Assembly: GCA_963691875.1 (NCBI GenBank)
Contig: OY829846.1
Span: 4,000,001-4,064,000, forward strand
Origin: Aureliella sp.
GTDB taxonomy: Bacteria > Planctomycetota > Planctomycetia > Pirellulales > Pirellulaceae
Length of the DNA stretch: 64,000 nt
Reading direction: 5' to 3'
Shown here: piece by piece, positions 62,013 through 64,000 of the stretch
Position numbering within the stretch: position 1 is the first letter of the stretch
How the letters are laid out: every line of letters begins with the position of its first letter
Notes under the pieces: model-generated
Told to the model about the DNA's origin: nothing
Seen by the model: the letters and a program-made list of their open reading frames with translations, nothing else
Database searches by the model: none
Program-made: the position numbers and the translations under genes

Positions 62013-62393
62013 ATGGAAAACATTTTGGTCGCAGAAGACAGTTTTGCTTTGGCAAACCTGCTCGAATTTGTACTAACCAATGCAGGGTTCAACGTAACCG
62101 TTTGCCGCACCGGTTCGCTAGCGTGGCAAGCCGCTCAGAAGGAAGAGTTTGACGTCCTACTCCTAGACCAACAGATGCCTGGGATGACGGGAATCGAAGT
62201 CCTGACACACGTGCGAGAAAGAAGTCCAAACCAGGACAAGCCAGTGTTTCTGTGCACAGCCAAGACACACGAACTCAACCTGCAGGTCTTGCACGAACAA
62301 CTCGGAATCACCGGAGTGTTCCACAAGCCCTTTTCTCCTAAGGATCTGGTCGAAAACCTCAAATCGCAGCTTCAAATGACTACCGTCAGGTAG
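62013..62393 (+). CDS. Single-domain response regulator (CheY-like)
   Basis: ILVAEDS, LLDQQMPGMTG, CTA, KPFSP. Confidence 0.93.
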   Translation: MENILVAEDSFALANLLEFVLTNAGFNVTVCRTGSLAWQAAQKEEFDVLLLDQQMPGMTGIEVLTHVRERSPNQDKPVFLCTAKTHELNLQVLHEQLGITGVFHKPFSPKDLVENLKSQLQMTTVR

Positions 62394-62650
62394 AGGTCCA
62401 ATTGTAAAGCCATCGAAGTCTGTCATCACAACCATCTACTTTATTTTGCGCACGATCTCACTGGTCGTACTTAATCTCAGTCTCTTCGTCTTCAGTTTGT
62501 TCATGGTCAGCGGTGGATCTTTCAGCCTTCTGTGGATGCTCGCACGAACCAGAAGACTCAAGACCGTCCAGGTCGTAGAAAGCAAACTTAACGCGGTTGA
62601 CGCGGTCGGCTCTCTCGCAGCACCAAGAACTATGACTTACAGAGTCCAGT

Positions 62651-63280
62651 TCTCTCACCAAGCTAACGCACGATGGACAAGCACTACTGACCGTTGAGCC
62701 AAAAGTCTCAGGTGGTCGAATCAATCCAGATACAGGATAGCCAGAGGAAGGTACGACGGAAGCATCGACGACCCTTCTACTTCCCGATGGTAAGGGGTCG
62801 ATCATCGGTGACTTGATCAAAGAAACCAATGGTCACAAGAAGTGGTGGGTCCCGGTTTTGGGCGAAACGCCAGTTATCCGCAAGTTGTTTAGTCGATCAG
62901 ACGACGACGTAAAGTGAGCCGAGGTGATCATAGCGCTTACGACTCACATTGTTCCGTTTAACGCCAAAGTGGATGCGCGTGAGTGTGAGCTATTTTCAAG
63001 GTCGACACGTTCAACGGCGGTTGAAAACCACTACACCGGTACTTGGTGGCAACAACACGGCCAACTCGTTGCTCCAAATTATATGCAACGAATTGGACAG
63101 CGACCTGAACTTGTTCCTCATGTCAAGGTTAGCGCATTACCAATCCGGCCGCAATATCTTCCTCCCTTGCAGCAGCCAAATCGAGCTACCAACTCCGCGA
63201 CTGACACAATCAAGACGCGACATAGAGTGTCACCTCTTGCCCTGAGGCGTCAGGCGTATTGCGGCGGCGTTTCCGCATAG
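62651..63280 (+). pseudogene. Secretin (GspD/PilQ-like) C-terminal remnant
   Basis: THDGQALLTVEPKVSGGRINPDTG*PEEGTTEASTTLLLPDGKGSIIGDLIKE..VPVLGETPVIRKLFSRS..K*AEVIIALTTHIV; in-frame stops at 62738 and 62915; 3' end uncertain. Confidence 0.78.
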
Positions 63281-63374
63281 ATGCGGGAAAAAAATAGAAC
63301 TGGCTATAGACTCCAAAGCCGCTGAATAAGAGCGATGGCGCTTGTTTAGAATTTACTGAAATCGAGTCGTCGAT

Positions 63375-64000
63375 TTATTTCATCTCGCGAAGTTCAACGG
63401 CTCGGAAACGCACTGGATCGTTGTGACCAGCGAAACCAAAGTAGCCTTCGGTTCGTTCTTTGCCCGGATGTGGACGATTGGCCATGTAGTCGGTGATCTT
63501 GCTTAAATCACCATTGAGAATGACTGTGCCATTGAGTTCTACGCGAATGGTGGAACCCTTCACGGTGACTTCTTGGATATTCCACTCGCCAGGTTCGCGA
63601 AGATAACCACGCTGTGCGGCAATCATGCCGTAAGCCGAACCGTGGTACTGACGATCATCTAACTTCGCAAACTTCGGAGCCGTGTTGTCTAGAACTTGTA
63701 ACTCGCACATGCCGACGTAAGCCGTATCGCCCTTGCCGGGATATCGAATCGCAAGACCATTGTTGCCACCGGGAGGTAGCTGGAACTCGAAACGAACACC
63801 AAAGTCTGAGTACTGTTCTTCTGTGTGCAAGACGCCGCCATGGCCTTTCTTGCACTGAATCGCGCCGTCGACTACGTCGTAGTTGTTTGTCGCACCAGCC
63901 CAGCCGCTCAGATCCGAGCCATTGAATTTGCTGGTGTATCCCGTAGCATGACTATGTTCTCGCAGCCAAGCATTGGATTCTTCAGTCGTCAGTTCCTTAA
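63375..64000 (-). CDS. DUF1080 (3-keto-disaccharide hydrolase-like) protein, 5' end outside window
   Basis: Frame open to window end: FNGSDLSGW, YSDF, GNNGLAIR, ELQVLD, PGEWN, FRAVELRE. Confidence 0.9.
   Translation of the reverse strand, partial: KELTTEESNAWLREHSHATGYTSKFNGSDLSGWAGATNNYDVVDGAIQCKKGHGGVLHTEEQYSDFGVRFEFQLPPGGNNGLAIRYPGKGDTAYVGMCELQVLDNTAPKFAKLDDRQYHGSAYGMIAAQRGYLREPGEWNIQEVTVKGSTIRVELNGTVILNGDLSKITDYMANRPHPGKERTEGYFGFAGHNDPVRFRAVELREMK

Overview
A 64 kb chromosomal segment from a bacterium; gene content (ECF sigma factor paired with a Ser/Thr kinase, DUF4159/MoxR/DUF58/BatA cluster, DUF1080, divergent dnaA beside dnaN) points to a planctomycete, probably Pirellulaceae-like (inference). 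It is mostly housekeeping: argC-argJ-acpS, prfB with its +1 programmed frameshift, gap, hrpA, iscS, a dnaA-like gene, dnaN, scpB, ccsA-hemA. The strongest non-coding signal is a probable replication origin between the dnaA-like gene and dnaN (DnaA box TTTTCCACA, (TAG)5 DnaA-trios, AT-rich tract, visible strand-composition flip), next to a DnaA that lacks domain I and the sensor II motif. Features the ORF track misses: a dispersed GTAG-footed palindromic REP-like family with compensatory stem changes; pseudogenes of a subtilase, a pilin/pseudopilin and a secretin; and a kinase-AAA gene split at a 10-bp tandem repeat. Uncharacterised modules worth follow-up: a nucleotidyltransferase-HD fusion coupled to a Nudix hydrolase, a MoxR cluster with a coupled HExxH peptidase, a membrane pseudokinase, and ScpB with a long acidic Trp-studded tail. 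I saw no rRNA, tRNA, CRISPR array, transposase or prophage. All family calls come from motif recognition; no database searches were run.
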